From the NCBI RefSeq assembly GCF_001194135.2, contig NC_068989.1, forward strand, positions 65,620,214 to 65,684,213: a DNA stretch of 64,000 nucleotides, written 5' to 3'. This DNA comes from Octopus bimaculoides. Lineage: Eukaryota. A model generated the notes under the pieces. That model was not told where the DNA came from and did no database searches. It worked only from the letters and a program-made list of their open reading frames with translations. The position numbers and the translations under genes were made by a program. Of the stretch, positions 26,565 through 39,592 are shown in pieces; within the stretch, counting starts at the first letter, position 1, and every line of letters begins with the position of its first letter.

Positions 26565-26949
26565 NNNNNNNNNNNNNNNNNNNNNNNNNNNNNNNNNNNN
26601 NNNNNNNNNNNNNNNNNNNNNNNNNNNNNNNNNNNNNNNNNNNNNNNNNNNNNNNNNNNNNNNNNNNNNNNNNNNNNNNNNNNNNNNNNNNNNNNNNNNN
26701 NNNNNNNNNNNNNNNNNNNNNNNNNNNNNNNNNNNNNNNNNNNNNNNNNNNNNNNNNNNNNNNNNNNNNNNNNNNNNNNNNNNNNNNNNNNNNNNNNNNN
26801 NNNNNNNNNNNNNNNNNNNNNNNNNNNNNNNNNNNNNNNNNNNNNNNNNNNNNNNNNNNNNNNNNNNNNNNNNNNNNNNNNNNNNNNNNNNNNNNNNNNN
26901 NNNNNNNNNNNNNNNNNNNNNNNNNNNNNNTGTGTGTGTGTGTGTGTAT

Positions 26950-27028
26950 TTTTACGTCTACGTTTGTCTCCCACCATCACTTGACAACCGATGTTGGAGT
27001 GTTTACATCCCCGTAACATTAGCGGTTT
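26950..27028 (+). mobile_element. Family B SINE 3' body, interrupted
   Basis: gtttgtctcccaccatcacttgacaaccgatgttggagtgtttacatccccgtaacattagcggtt, after which homology stops abruptly. Confidence 0.85.
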
Positions 27029-27300
27029 TTGACGTTCCAAGTACAGCTCTTCGTCAGAAAGGAAAGTGGAAAAGTCCAGAGAAGGAAAGACATCACCAAC
27101 AGCTTGTGTGTGGGTACAGAATTGGAAAGAGATAGAGCAAGTTGTTTGGTGGGGGAGGGGGTCAGTGGAGTGCAGAGAGGTGAGGAAGGAAGAGGGGGAA
27201 AACAAGGAGAACTGAAGTAAAATGTGGTGAAGTGAAGTGAGGTGAAATGAACGGGATACGAGCAAATTAAAATGATTCCCAATCAAAGGTGCAAAAACGA
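27029..27300 (-). mobile_element. Insert resembling the end of a Penelope-like element, with a decayed hammerhead ribozyme core at 27031-27057
   Basis: The minus strand has a pyrimidine-rich tract followed by CTGACGA-AGAGC-TGT-ACTT-GGAACGTC. The canonical core is CUGANGA-stem II-GAAA, so three transitions separate it from GAGC/GCTC and GAAA. Confidence 0.5.
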
Positions 27301-27331
27301 CGTACTTTGAAGAAATGCATTGTATGTATAT

Positions 27332-27515
27332 ATGACGACTGTTGTTGGTGTGTCTACGTCCTCGTAACTTAGCAGTTTGTCAAAATATACTGATAGAATA
27401 AGTGCCAGGCTTAAAAAAATAAGACCTGGGGACGATTTGCTCGACTAAAACCCTTCAAGACGGTATATCAGTTTGGCCGCAGTCAAATGACTGAAACAAA
27501 TACAAGAGTAAAAGA
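27332..27515 (+). mobile_element. Family B SINE 3' body (second piece)
   Basis: tgttggtgtgtctacgtcctcgtaacttagcagttt..gatagaataagtgccaggc..cgatttgctcgactaaaacccttcaagacggt..ggccgcagtcaaatgactgaaacaa. Confidence 0.88.
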
Positions 27516-29327
27516 AAGAGCAAAACAATGCAATTAACTAAGAGGTTACCTCTACAATAACTATTGAGGTTGAGTAGTTGTAGTGTCTCTAATAAGCGCC
27601 ACGGATCATGTGCATTTTCATCTGGAAGGATGCCGAATCATGAAAGATAAGTACTATTTGCTTAGTTCGGTTCAGCGATGCGCTGACTACTTATACATCC
27701 TGAGATCCTATACATTTTATTACAAACATGCTTCTGCTTAAGGAAGATAACCTCATTTTGAAAGTAAACACATATTAAACGAATCCACACTCCACATTTG
27801 AAAACAAATAATCATTTGTATCAACAGATATATACACATTTGTTGAAACAGCAGTGGGAAATAAACGGCACTCCTTTCTACACGCACACACTATATATAT
27901 ATATATATATCTCCCCTTCTTTCTCTCTCTCTCACTCAGACGAACACACATATATATATTTATATATTTGACAACGTTTATTTAATGTAAGAAGAGATAA
28001 ATAAATATTTTGTCAACTTGTTTCTATAGAAACATTTGATGGTATTATAAACGTGAAGAATTTCAAAAGAACAGTCGTAACAATTCCTGTTGTTTCTAAG
28101 AGATAATATTGATTTCTTTTGTGACAAGCGCCATTGTTTTTCTTGCAATATATTCCAGGTGAAATCTGCATGAGCCGCACTATGATCAAAGTCACCCCAT
28201 TTGTGACTCGTTGTATTTTTTCATACAAAGTATCTAGGACTATGTTATCAAATGTGACCCTTTCTCCCTGACTTTATGACGGTGGACGATGATCTAAAGA
28301 GTTTTCGTTTCTAATTCTAGCAGGTTGAGCAACCACATAACGTTTCTTTCATTGGCAAGTCATTTGTTGTGAGCAGTTGTTTAATCCTAAGTCAATCTTC
28401 ATCGAAAACAGTTTCAATAAAATGTATTTAAACCATGAAAATCATGTCTATTGTTTTACCACTTAGTCTGCATGGAATGGAAGCGCCAATGTTCTTTAGT
28501 TTTTTTTTTCAGCATCCTCAAGTATTATGAGAGAACGGAAAGAAGTTACCATCAAACCGAAGACTTAACCCAAATGATTGCAACAAAATGAGGTTTGCTA
28601 AACTCACACAAGTACCACAAAGATGTCTTAAACAAGTCGGTCGCTTAAGTCTACCATCGAAGAAATTAAGACGCTAAGAACGAGAACATATTCTACAAAG
28701 CATAGGAAGCTTTCACAATCGTGCTGATCCACTGTTCTGAAAGTATGAAAGACAAAAATTTACATTGGTGAAGTTTGATCTCAGAGCACTGAGAATAAAT
28801 AAGCTAGAGGCATCCATTATCTAGCGTGTTTTATCCTTACATAATACACCAAGGAATGATTTGTTAGTGATTTCACTGTCATTTATAGAAGATCCATCGT
28901 CTTCTTGGAGCCTCAATAGATCGAATTGAGTGATGAAAGTCAAAGGGTACGCTCCCTATAATAGAGACCACGACACGGTTTCAATCCTTGTTGAATCAAT
29001 GTCACCCTCTTAGTCGCCAGTAAAACCTTACTAAAATACATGAACATCTAGTATTTCAGCTTTCACTGACCTACGAATAACAAAACCAAAAAGTATTACC
29101 GACTTTGATTGATTTATTGCTATTAGACAAAATCTAATTAATAAAATGGAGAAGCAAAGTCTGGTGAATAGAATACAGTATAATAAAAGTATTATTTTAT
29201 CGCGAATACGACCCTGATGTATTTAAAATTGAAATTTGAAACGAGTTTATAGAATCAAATGAGAAAATCAAAAAGGAAAAACATTCCAAGTAGTATTGAA
29301 GCATTTGCGCTAAAGAAGCAAAATATA

Positions 29328-29548
29328 CGAGGGGGTGCTGACAAGTTCCTGGCTTTAAGGATATCGCGAAAGGCTTGATTGGAAGTTCAACTTTCCGAGT
29401 TCTTAAATGGGGCTTAGACACACAGAAGAACTGCTGCAATAGGTGTGTGAATCAGAGAAGGGAATATGTAGAATAAAATCTTGATTAGCTGATCGATCCT
29501 CCTACATTTTCTTTTACCCAAAGTCAAGGAATTTTCAGCACCCTCTCG
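29328..29548 (+). mobile_element. Mariner-derived MITE (221 bp) with TIRs and TA TSD
   Basis: Left TA|CGAGGGGGTGCTGACAAGTTCCTGGCTTT and right AAAGTCAAGGAATTTTCAGCACCCTCTCG|TA. Internal NRCVNQRREYVE* resembles the mariner transposase C-terminus (KCVxxxGEYVEK*). Confidence 0.92.
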
Positions 29549-29739
29549 TATACGGAATAAATTTATAATAGTTTGAAAAGAATATTTTGTGTATCATATT
29601 TCCCCTGTTTATATGATGGTGAGCGCCATCATCATATCATTAAGAGCCATTACGAAAATTGGTAAAGCTCTCCCACTCCAGGGCAGAACTCATAATTTTT
29701 TTTTTCCAGTAGCGAAGAAAAAGAAACTTTAGCAATTAC

Positions 29740-29800
29740 CTGGTAGTGTATTTATCGAATCCAATATGACAAAAGGCAAAGTCGGTCAACACGATTTGAA
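29740..29800 (-). mobile_element. Family A SINE fragment
   Basis: ctggtagtgtatttatcgaatcc...aaaaggcaaagtcggtcaacacgatttgaa is a degenerate reverse complement of the family A middle. Confidence 0.55.
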
Positions 29801-30203
29801 ATTTAAAAAAAAAGCCTTAACGAAATTACAAAGCATTAAAGAATTGTATCTGACAAGTTATTGACACTGGCAGCCAACAACTTTCGTTTATTATTTACAT
29901 ATTATTATAATATATATATATATAATTACTTTTAGGATTCATTTGAATGAAGTTGCTTTCAATATCAGGGACACCAAGCGATAGTCGACATCTGCACATC
30001 CGTGTATACACCGTATACAAACACGCCCATATGTCCCCACGCACACCATCATGCAGTTTCACGAACCAAGACAGACAGAAAGATAATTTGATGGATAGAT
30101 ACAAAAAGACATATTATATTATGCATCATACGTCATTATACATTACATCTCTATATTATTACTGTATCAACCAACCTACTATGTGTACTTATACACAGTA
30201 AGT

Positions 30204-30440
30204 CTCAAGGTGCTTCAAATTCATTCTCAACTGTGCCCAACTATTCCGTCTAGGCCAAAATCGTTTGACTAAATCGTCTTCCTATCGTCATGGAGACCAT
30301 CCCAGTAACTTTTTCCGATCCTTTGGATACCACTCGGTAAATACACGGATCCACTTCTTGGCTGTGAGCCTTGCGACATGTGTGGAGACGATATTGTACT
30401 GTTCAACTGAGAGATTATATCCGTAAAGCTTGGGCTAGCC
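30204..30440 (-). mobile_element. RTE-1-like LINE 3' fragment
   Basis: One frame reads HVARLTAKKWIRVFTEWYPKDRKKLLGWSP*R*EDDLVKRFWPR, matching the RTE-1 pattern GHVARxxDxRWxxxVTEWxPRDxKRPxGRPPxRWxD. Confidence 0.8.
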
Positions 30441-31441
30441 ATATATCTATAGCATGTATGAATGTTTGTATATATGAGTGTATGCATACATGCATGCTTG
30501 CGTGTGTGTATGTGTTATGTCTGTACTTGAATTTACGTATGTGCGTATGTGTATGGTGGCGTGAATACGTGCCTGAGGTTGTAAAAAGCATAATGATAAA
30601 CTTCATGACGCAAAATGTTGCTCTCGCCTTGGGTAGACGACAAAGCTATCAAAAATTGAAATTGTTTGCTAGGAAATGCTGTTTTCCAAATATTAGGACG
30701 AGTGTATGATTGTAATTTTCTCGCCAGAAGACGCATTCTGACAATCGCTTTTATAATAAATTTGAATAGAGAAATTGCGTTGACGAAAACTACCTCAGGG
30801 ATAAAAACTATGGCGAAAGGATACGATACGACGCTAATTATATGCTAAAGTTAGCAAACATTGTATATAAACTGCATCCCTGAGAAATATTTTTTTAATT
30901 TGCTAATATTATCTCTCCTCCTGTGTACGAAATATGGCATTTTATTAGGCTGGATTTACGTTATTTCCATATTTAGATAAACGAAGAAGTTGTGCTCTGA
31001 AGCATAGTATGTATCTAGTTAAAGCTGTTTCCTAATGATGTGATAGTTTGTCTATTATTGTAACAAAAATTTTAAAATATCAGAACGCAGATGCCTTCAT
31101 TTTTACAATATCGAAACAGTATAAATGTGTCTCGAAAACTACGTCATTTCTGCGCAAATAACACACATTCACACACGTACATACACCGACACTTGCTCTA
31201 GTGTATTTATGTGTATACACAAACGCACGAACTGAAAAAGACCGATCTGTTTAATGTATTAGCATTTTGGGAGACACTTCCCTTCGTATAGTATGTAATC
31301 GCAAACGTAAGGAATGGATATAAAATAGGAGATGTGTATAGATGTAATGTTTGCTGGTCAAATATAGAGACATATTGATTGACGAAATCCATTTCTGTTC
31401 TTGCTTGTATTGCTAGGTGTACCAATGCATACATATAGATG

Positions 31442-31943
31442 CGAGCATGGGCGGACAGAGGTATTTTTTTGCAGACAAAAATCAGTGTCTATAAAATGTG
31501 TGTATTGGCTGCACCTCTTTATTCGAGTAAGACGTGAACCACTTACAGGCGTGATATGAAAATGCTGAAGATATTTCATCAAAAATGCCTCAGACGTATC
31601 TTGGTAGTCAAGTGGCAACGTTTGATACTAGATACTGAAGTTTTGCGCATGGCACGTTGTAGCTCAATTGAACAACATGTTATCTTGGCTCAAATGAGAT
31701 GAGCTGGACATGTTATTTGAATAAAAAAATGAGCAACTGCCAAAGCGTCTTTTATATTATGAGCTCAACTCTGGAAAGCGATCACAACATAAGTCGTGGA
31801 AAAAGTATAAAGACTGTGTGAAAGAAAAACTGAAGAAACTAGATATGAACAAAAGTGATTGGGAAACTGATGTTCTGGATCGGAACAAATGGAGAGGTGC
31901 TGTTATGACTGGTTACAATGCCCAGGAGGAAAAGATGATTCAG
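31442..31943 (+). mobile_element. RTE-clade LINE 3' fragment (post-RT region)
   Basis: RAWADRGIFLQTKISVYK..., IFHQKCLRRILVVKWQ..DTEVL, AQMR*AGHV, LPKRLLYYELNSGKRSQ, KYKDCVKEKLK, WETDVLDRNKWRGAV. Stops and frameshifts are present. Confidence 0.9.
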
Positions 31944-32146
31944 CACTTATTCTATCGAACCCATTTGCCGAAACGCTAAGTTAGGGGTACATAAACACAC
32001 CAGCACCGGTTGTTAAATTGTGATGGGGAAACACACATACACCCAAAACCACTCATAAGGCTTTGATCCAAGATGCTGTGCAGTGGATCTGAACATGGAA
32101 ACATGTGGTGGTTAAGCAAACTTTTTTCCGGTACAGTTACGCCTGT
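31944..32146 (-). mobile_element. Family B SINE, internally deleted and degenerate
   Basis: cacttattctatcg..ttgccgaaacgctaagttaggggtacataaacacaccagcaccggttg..ccactcataaggcttt..gcagtggatctgaacatggaaacatgtgg. Confidence 0.75.
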
Positions 32147-32574
32147 GTGTGTGTGTGTGTGAATGAGGAAATCATTCAGAAAATGCACTGATTCATTATC
32201 ATAAAACTTTATGAACAGGATATTTAAGTTTTGGCGAGATAAACATGGCTGAAAATTTACGCCATATTCTCACGGTTTCTTAACTGTTTTGTTGACGACG
32301 TAATAATTTCATAATTGATGAGTCTACGTTGACAGTAAAACAAGAGGCAATGTATGTTTGTTTTCACCGTAAAAGGACTGGCTTTAACTGAAATATTCAC
32401 TATTTCAATTAATAATAGTACGAAAAATAACTAAATATAATTGAAATATGAAATTAATCGATATTTCTCGATTAATGAAACGTCCTTATTTTTCCGTTAT
32501 TTTCCCGGTTTTTCATCCTTATAGTGATATATAATACGGTACATTTACTTTTGTCCGGGCCTTATATATAAATA

Positions 32575-32731
32575 GGTGTAAGTGTAGTTGTGTAGTGAGA
32601 AGTTTGCTTTAGTCCCACTGCGTGGCACATTGGTCGAATGTCTTCTACTATAATCTCGGGCCGACCAGAGACTTGTGAGTGGATTTAGTTGATGGAAACA
32701 GAAAGAAGCCCGTCATACATATCCATGCGGC

Positions 32732-32764
<33 letters not shown>

Positions 32765-32947
32765 TTGTCTGTCCTTCACCACCGCTTGACAGCCGGTGCT
32801 CGTAGCCTAATGGTTCAGCGAAAAAGATCGCGAGAATCAGCAACAGACTCTAAAATATTATTTACTGGGGTTGTTTCATTCGACAAAAAATACATCAATG
32901 TGCTGCTGTAGCATGGCCACAGTCAGATGAATAAAACGTATGAAAGA
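32575..32947 (+). mobile_element. Family B SINE with a deletion in the tRNA head
   Basis: agtcccactgcgtggcacattgg..tcgggccgacc..gtgagtggattt..gaaagaagcccgtc, a TG tract, ccgcttgacagccggtg..gcatggccacagtc. Confidence 0.85.
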
Positions 32948-33621
32948 TATGCATGCATTTGTATGCTGAGTGAACATGTATTTGTACATGTCTGTATTTG
33001 GTAAATATATATGCAGATAATAGAGGTATATAATGTGATGCTTGCTTATTAATATAATAAACCCAAAGTGGAATATCATTTAAGTACTACAGAAGCTATT
33101 TAACGTTTCAGGTTCGAAAAGAGATATATTTCGATGCGCCTTATAGTAAATGCCTTTAAATATTGGATTTTATGCGCATTAAGCTTGAAATTGCTCACAT
33201 ATATCCTCTCTATTTACGCACACACATACACACACACGCACAAACAGGCACACACGCCAAATCACACATGCTCAAGAATGTATATAAATTGATATTTACA
33301 CGTATAGTTATATATATATCTCGATAAATTTATAGAAATACAAACGTATATATATATATATATNNNNNNNNNNNNNNNNNNNNNNNNNNNNNNNNNNNNN
33401 NNNNNNNNNNNNNNNNNNNNNNNNNNNNNNNNNNNNNNNNNNNNNNNNNNNNNNNNNNNNNNNNNNNNNNNNNNNNNNNNNNNNNNNNNNNNNNNNNNNN
33501 NNNNNNNNNNNNNNNNNNNNNNNNNNNNNNNNNNNNNNNNNNNNNNNNNNNNNNNNNNNNNNNNNNNNNNNNNNNNNNNNNNNNNNNNNNNNNNNNNNNN
33601 NNNNNNNNNNTATATATATAA

Positions 33622-33682
<61 letters not shown>

Positions 33683-33707
33683 AACAGAGACAGAGGGAGA
33701 GAGAGAG

Positions 33708-33926
33708 AAAAGGCACCTACATATATTGTAACTCTGATTTGGACCACAAAGACCTGCAGATAAGTTCTGCTCTTTGTTGATCTTAAAATGTCTTTTGAGG
33801 CTTCCGTTGGATTTGCAAACCTTCTGGTATACAATGCATTTAAAGGTGTGCACAGACATATAGCGAGAATAGGTTCGTTTTCCATGCGTTCACAGATGAG
33901 TTTTGAGACCAGCAAAAGACATACAT
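33708..33926 (-). pseudogene. Decayed copy of the C2H2 zinc-finger cassette seen at 61903-62230
   Basis: [51 protein letters not shown] aligns colinearly, at DNA and protein level, with MSVHTFECGVCQRVCKSNGGLKRHVRIHNEQNLLAGIGSANQRCNLCGCFF. Several Cys/His ligands are lost. Confidence 0.88.
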
Positions 33927-34671
33927 CCATACATCTATCCATCCATCCATCTATCCATCCATCCATCCATCCATCCATCCATCCATACATACATACATAC
34001 AAACACACACACATACATACATACATTCATACATACATACATACATACATACATGCATGCATACATATGAGTGTATGCGTGTGTAATACAAACTGTCACA
34101 TATATATATATACGTTAAGATGCAAAAATAAAACGTTTAACATTTACATGAGCTTTTGTATGTGAAGAGTATTGAACTTGTTACTTTTTCGGATGCTAAA
34201 GTATTGAACAACGATGAGCATGTGGCTGAATATTTGAATGTTAAGAAAAATGTCGATGGTTTATCCTTCTCTTGTTGACTCAGCATAGTTGTGTTTGAGT
34301 GCGATAATACCAAATGTTTCCTAGATGTGACCAACCATTTTTATGGATATTTGGGATGGCATTAACAAAATATCTTCCTTTGGCGGGATAAACATGCACA
34401 CACATACATACGCACGAGAAGAAAGATAGATATATCGTTGTTTTATGTGGGTATATATACAATTATATTTTACATAATATTGTATATCATACATATGTTG
34501 TAAATTATATATANNNNNNNNNNNNNNNNNNNNNNNNNNNNNNNNNNNNNNNNNNNNNNNNNNNNNNNNNNNNNNNNNNNNNNNNNNNNNNNNNNNNNNN
34601 NNNNNNNNNNNNNNNNNNNNNNNNNNNNNNNNNNNNNNNNNNNNNNNNNNNNNNNNNNNNNNNNNNNNNNN

Positions 34672-34713
<42 letters not shown>

Positions 34714-35809
34714 TGGACGAGAGAGGGTGAGAAAATTTATTCAGTGCTGCTATTTCTTTCGGATATTGTCAATAATTAACAATTACAATAATGAAAAACA
34801 AACAGCAACAAACGGAAAAGAGTTACAGCCAGAAACCCATAAATATGAACCAAACATGATCCGTAGAACTCAAACCGCTTTCAATTTCCGAAAATAATTA
34901 GGCAACAAAGCGTAATCCCATCACCGGTGGAAAAATTCTATGCCATAAAAAAAAAAAAGGCCGGAAAAAATCTTTCCATGTAACTACGGCTCTGATAAAA
35001 ATATAAATGGTCGCATTATTTTAAAAATACTTTCTCTTTGAAAGGATGCACAACAGAGGGAATAATATATCCATGGATTTGATGTGTTGAAATATGACGT
35101 AACTGTGATGAATCATCAAAACTTAAATATTTGCCAATATTTAGAACCAGCGTTTGACTGTCGATCAATTATATTTGCAGTTGGTACAGGTTGATATAGT
35201 TTACCTATATTCTTTCGACCATATCCATGCATCTATTTATAGCCCGTGTTTCACGAAAGAGAAGCTATATTCATTCTCATTCTTTTCCACAAATGGCACT
35301 TTAAGATTTCTGAAACGATATTTTGCTGGTAGATATTTTCCTCCTCTCAACCTTTGCATCTTGGTGTTACATAATATCTTTGGTTGCGCTGATAAAACAA
35401 CATTATATTACCGAAAATACAACAAGGAAAACCTATTCCAGCTTCTATACAGAAAAAACATCAAAGAAAAGCAACTCTTGACTCTATATGAAAACAAAAG
35501 AAAAATATATACTTAAATAAAAACCTATTACAGATGTTAAACAATACAGAGAAATAATAAAAAAAAATGTATTTCATAAGAAAGAAAAATAGTTTAAAAA
35601 TATTAAAATACTTGTTCCTGTTATTTTCAATAGAAATTGATATGATATTAAGTCTACCAAGTATTTTTTTGCAAACCATAAAATGTTATATCTTTTAGGA
35701 AGCAGAGCTTTCCGAGCAATCGCATGAAAGGAAAAAAATCTTAGTTAGGTAAATGTACTGCAAAACGTTTTCCAATTCATTAAATAATTTACTAACACCC
35801 TATAGTTCA

Positions 35810-35861
<52 letters not shown>

Positions 35862-36280
35862 TTGTGTGTATGTATGTATGTATGTATATACATATATATG
35901 GTTATTGTTATTGTGTTTCCTGTAGTCATACCTATTCACTGGCTGTAAATTTATGAATTGTTGTTTTGGATATGAAATCAGATATTTTTTATTCATTGTT
36001 ATTTCTTTTGTAATTTACAGTCTTTTTAAGCGTTGATAATAATAGCCTTGTATCTTTCCATCCGTATTTCTTTCATTCTCTAGTCATCATTATTGATTGT
36101 TGTTGGTCAGTTTAGTTGCAACCAAATGATATTCCTCATATGAATATTAATACCATTGTTTTGAATGGGCAGTAGCGGTTACGGCTATAGTGGTGGTTGT
36201 GGTAATGGTAGTGGTTATGCTGGTAGTTATTGTGTTGTCAGTAGCATGGTTATGATGCTACCTCTCACCAGTTATAAGTA

Positions 36281-36331
<51 letters not shown>

Positions 36332-36532
36332 TGTGTGTGTGTAAGTGTGTGTGTGTGTGTGTAAGTGTGTGTGTGTGTGTGTGTGTGTATAAATATATAT
36401 ATGTATATATATATATATATGTATNNNNNNNNNNTATATGAGGTCAACTAAAATTTAGATTCAGGTGAATATGGTACTTAAGTTTGGGCACCAGAATTTA
36501 GTACGGTATTGTGTGTATATATATATATATAT

Positions 36533-36590
<58 letters not shown>

Positions 36591-37762
36591 CGTGTTGAGC
36601 TCAACAACTACTACTGCTTCTACTTAATAATAAACGCTAAGTTGTTGTGACTGTATGATACGCATACACAAATATAGCAGATCGGTTCTAGTCACACGTA
36701 GCTATTTTGACAGTCACCTACGAAAACAAAACTTTTAGTGCCACACACACTTTGTTGCAATGGGGAAGAAGTATTACTGATAAAGCGTGTAAACACTCTC
36801 ACTAGTTATTTTTTGTCACTTACCATTTTCAAAAGAGTCCACAAAATACTTTTTGCCACACCAATCTTCAGCTTTCTCACTGTTTAAAGTGTTCATGCAT
36901 GTGTTCAAAGTGTTTAGCAATAATGATTCTTCCCGAATATAACAATATTGGTTTCAACACATAGTTTCCGATCTTCTGATCTGATATTCTTGCACAACAT
37001 ATTCAGAATCAAAAGGTCACTCACATGTTTGTATTAATTATTTTGGTTATTTTTGATTTTAGAATAAAATGGAAAGTTAATAACATCATAATACACAGCT
37101 GCCGTTCACTTTGTACTGATTTATTTACAATGCACACATTCTTCATCTATACTGTGGAGTATATGCGCATCAATAGAAATTGAACTTTTGTGATATATTT
37201 CATAAACGACTTGAAAGATTCTTTTAAATTATTGCAAGCGTTCGAAATAATTTCACTTCAGCAGCGATAAATCGTTTAAGTTCTTGTTTGATTACTAAGA
37301 TGTTAAGTTACTTTTGATCTTCTCTATCCTCATTATTATCATGGTAGATATCTTAGAGATGTATTTCAGGGATCGGTGTGACGTATTTGTTAATGATTTA
37401 CGTGTTAGGATGAAGTTCTTTTAGTTTTACTCGAATCATATTATTTTCAGCTGTTGAAATATTGAATGCCGTATACGGAATTAATTATCACCCGATGCAG
37501 TTCATTGAAACATTTGAGACTACAAAGTTGAAATTCTAGAATATTTTTCAATAATTTGTTTATGAAACCTTGTAATATTGCAGTGAGTCTTATAATCAAG
37601 CCCTTGCTTGCATTTAATGGCTATTCGGCAACACTAATGAGAAGATATAACACGCACACATACACGAACACGCAACAATGTGCACACACACACATGCCTC
37701 CCCCAAACACACACCACACACACATAGACACACACATATATATACATGCTTGGGTAGATATA

Positions 37763-37801
<39 letters not shown>

Positions 37802-37983
37802 NNNNNNNNNNNNNNNNNNNNNNNNNNNNNNNNNNNNNNNNNTATATATCTGTAAAAGTATATATGTGTCTCTCATATACATACACGTATAGATACACAG
37901 ACACACACACACATGTGTAGAGAAATAGAGAAAGAGAGAAAGAGAGAAAGATAGAGAGTTTCTTCGCTATATATGTTAAGAGC

Positions 37984-38049
<66 letters not shown>

Positions 38050-38162
38050 TATGCGCGCGCCCAGGGAAGTGGATAGGAAACAGTATGTGTATATGACGCT
38101 TGCAAGTTTTCACAGAAGTTTGCTGCATCTTATATCAAAGTGGAACATATGCAACTCACATG

Positions 38163-38410
38163 TTGTCAGGAAAATGTATATGGTGGAGTCCGTGCATCTG
38201 GTTGCACCGCAGTTCTACACTACTAAATTCACCCAAAAACTAGGATCTCGTCAAGAGAATGTATATGTGGAGGAAACCGAGCATATGGTTCCACCGGAGA
38301 TGTACACTCTACTAAATTTACTCAAGAACTAGGATATTGTTAGGAAAATGTATACGTGGAGGAACCCGGGCAACTGGTTTCACACATTACTAAATTCACC
38401 AGGAACTAGT
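38163..38410 (+). repeat. Three diverged tandem units (periods 85 and 89 nt)
   Basis: Units start at cag-gaa-aat (38167), caa-gag-aat (38252) and tag-gaa-aat (38341). Shared motif: aatgtata.gtggag...ggtt.cac...actaaatt.ac.ca..aactag. Confidence 0.9.
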
Positions 38411-39543
38411 GTACTATTGTCTATGTATACAAGACCTTGGTATATCAGTAATAGTTTAGGTTGAAAATTTGATAGTATAAACAATCCAATGTTGAGTCTG
38501 GGGAAAGTAGTTTTGATTGGTTAAGATGTAACAATTAATAAATATATAACTACCTTGATACAGATCTAACAGAAGTAATGTTGGTCAGTGTCGGCAGCTA
38601 TTGAGTACTAACGATTATTAGTTTCAAATAATTGAGAATTTTACTTCGAAAACAACATATTTGCGGGGACCCAACTAGCAGACGAGTGAATTCGTTAACC
38701 GAAAAATTGCAGGGGCGAAGGCCTCAAAGACCTCAAAATAGTAACGTCTATTTTTAACAAAATCTGAGTAGGAAGGTAGTTCAAAGTAATATGGCGCCAG
38801 TAAACATGTATAAAGAAGAGCTGATTTATTCGCTACCTTTCTGCATCTGTTAGATATCAACATTAGAAATATCGATGACTTTTTTTTTTTTTTTTTTGGA
38901 TTATTGAACAAAACAGTTATCTTGCTGCGGCAGCCATCGATATCGGTCAATATTATGAACAACATTTTACCAAGTTTCTATCTATATAATCCATCTTAGA
39001 TTCCATCTAAATTTTCTATCGGGAAATATTCATTCACGTCCATTACTATTTCAGTAAGTCACTATTAATGAAAGAATCGCGATGAGAATCACCTGCGTGT
39101 CCTCTGTAATAATGATACCTTGAAAATGCCGCTATCTAAAACAAACATGCATATGTACACACATATACACCCGCATACTCACGCACATATTCACACACAC
39201 ACAAATACACACGCACATATATGTATACTTATGTCAAATTTCAATGACTTCTACATATTAAAGTAGTAAGTCCTTTTTCATATATTCAAAGAAATCCGTG
39301 AAATGCGTAGATAAAAAGTTAATATTCAGAAACGGGCTCAGACACAACACACACGCACACACATACTCATACGTGTGTGTGAGGGTGTGAGAATGTATGT
39401 GAATGTACGTGTGCAAGGTGTGCGTTTGTTAATCCATACATAGTCCCGTAAACATTTCTTAAATATCTGAAAAGAGAGTCACGTATATACACCAAATATA
39501 AACTATTTATATATGTGCAAACTGACATTTTTACAAATACGAA

Positions 39544-39592
<49 letters not shown>

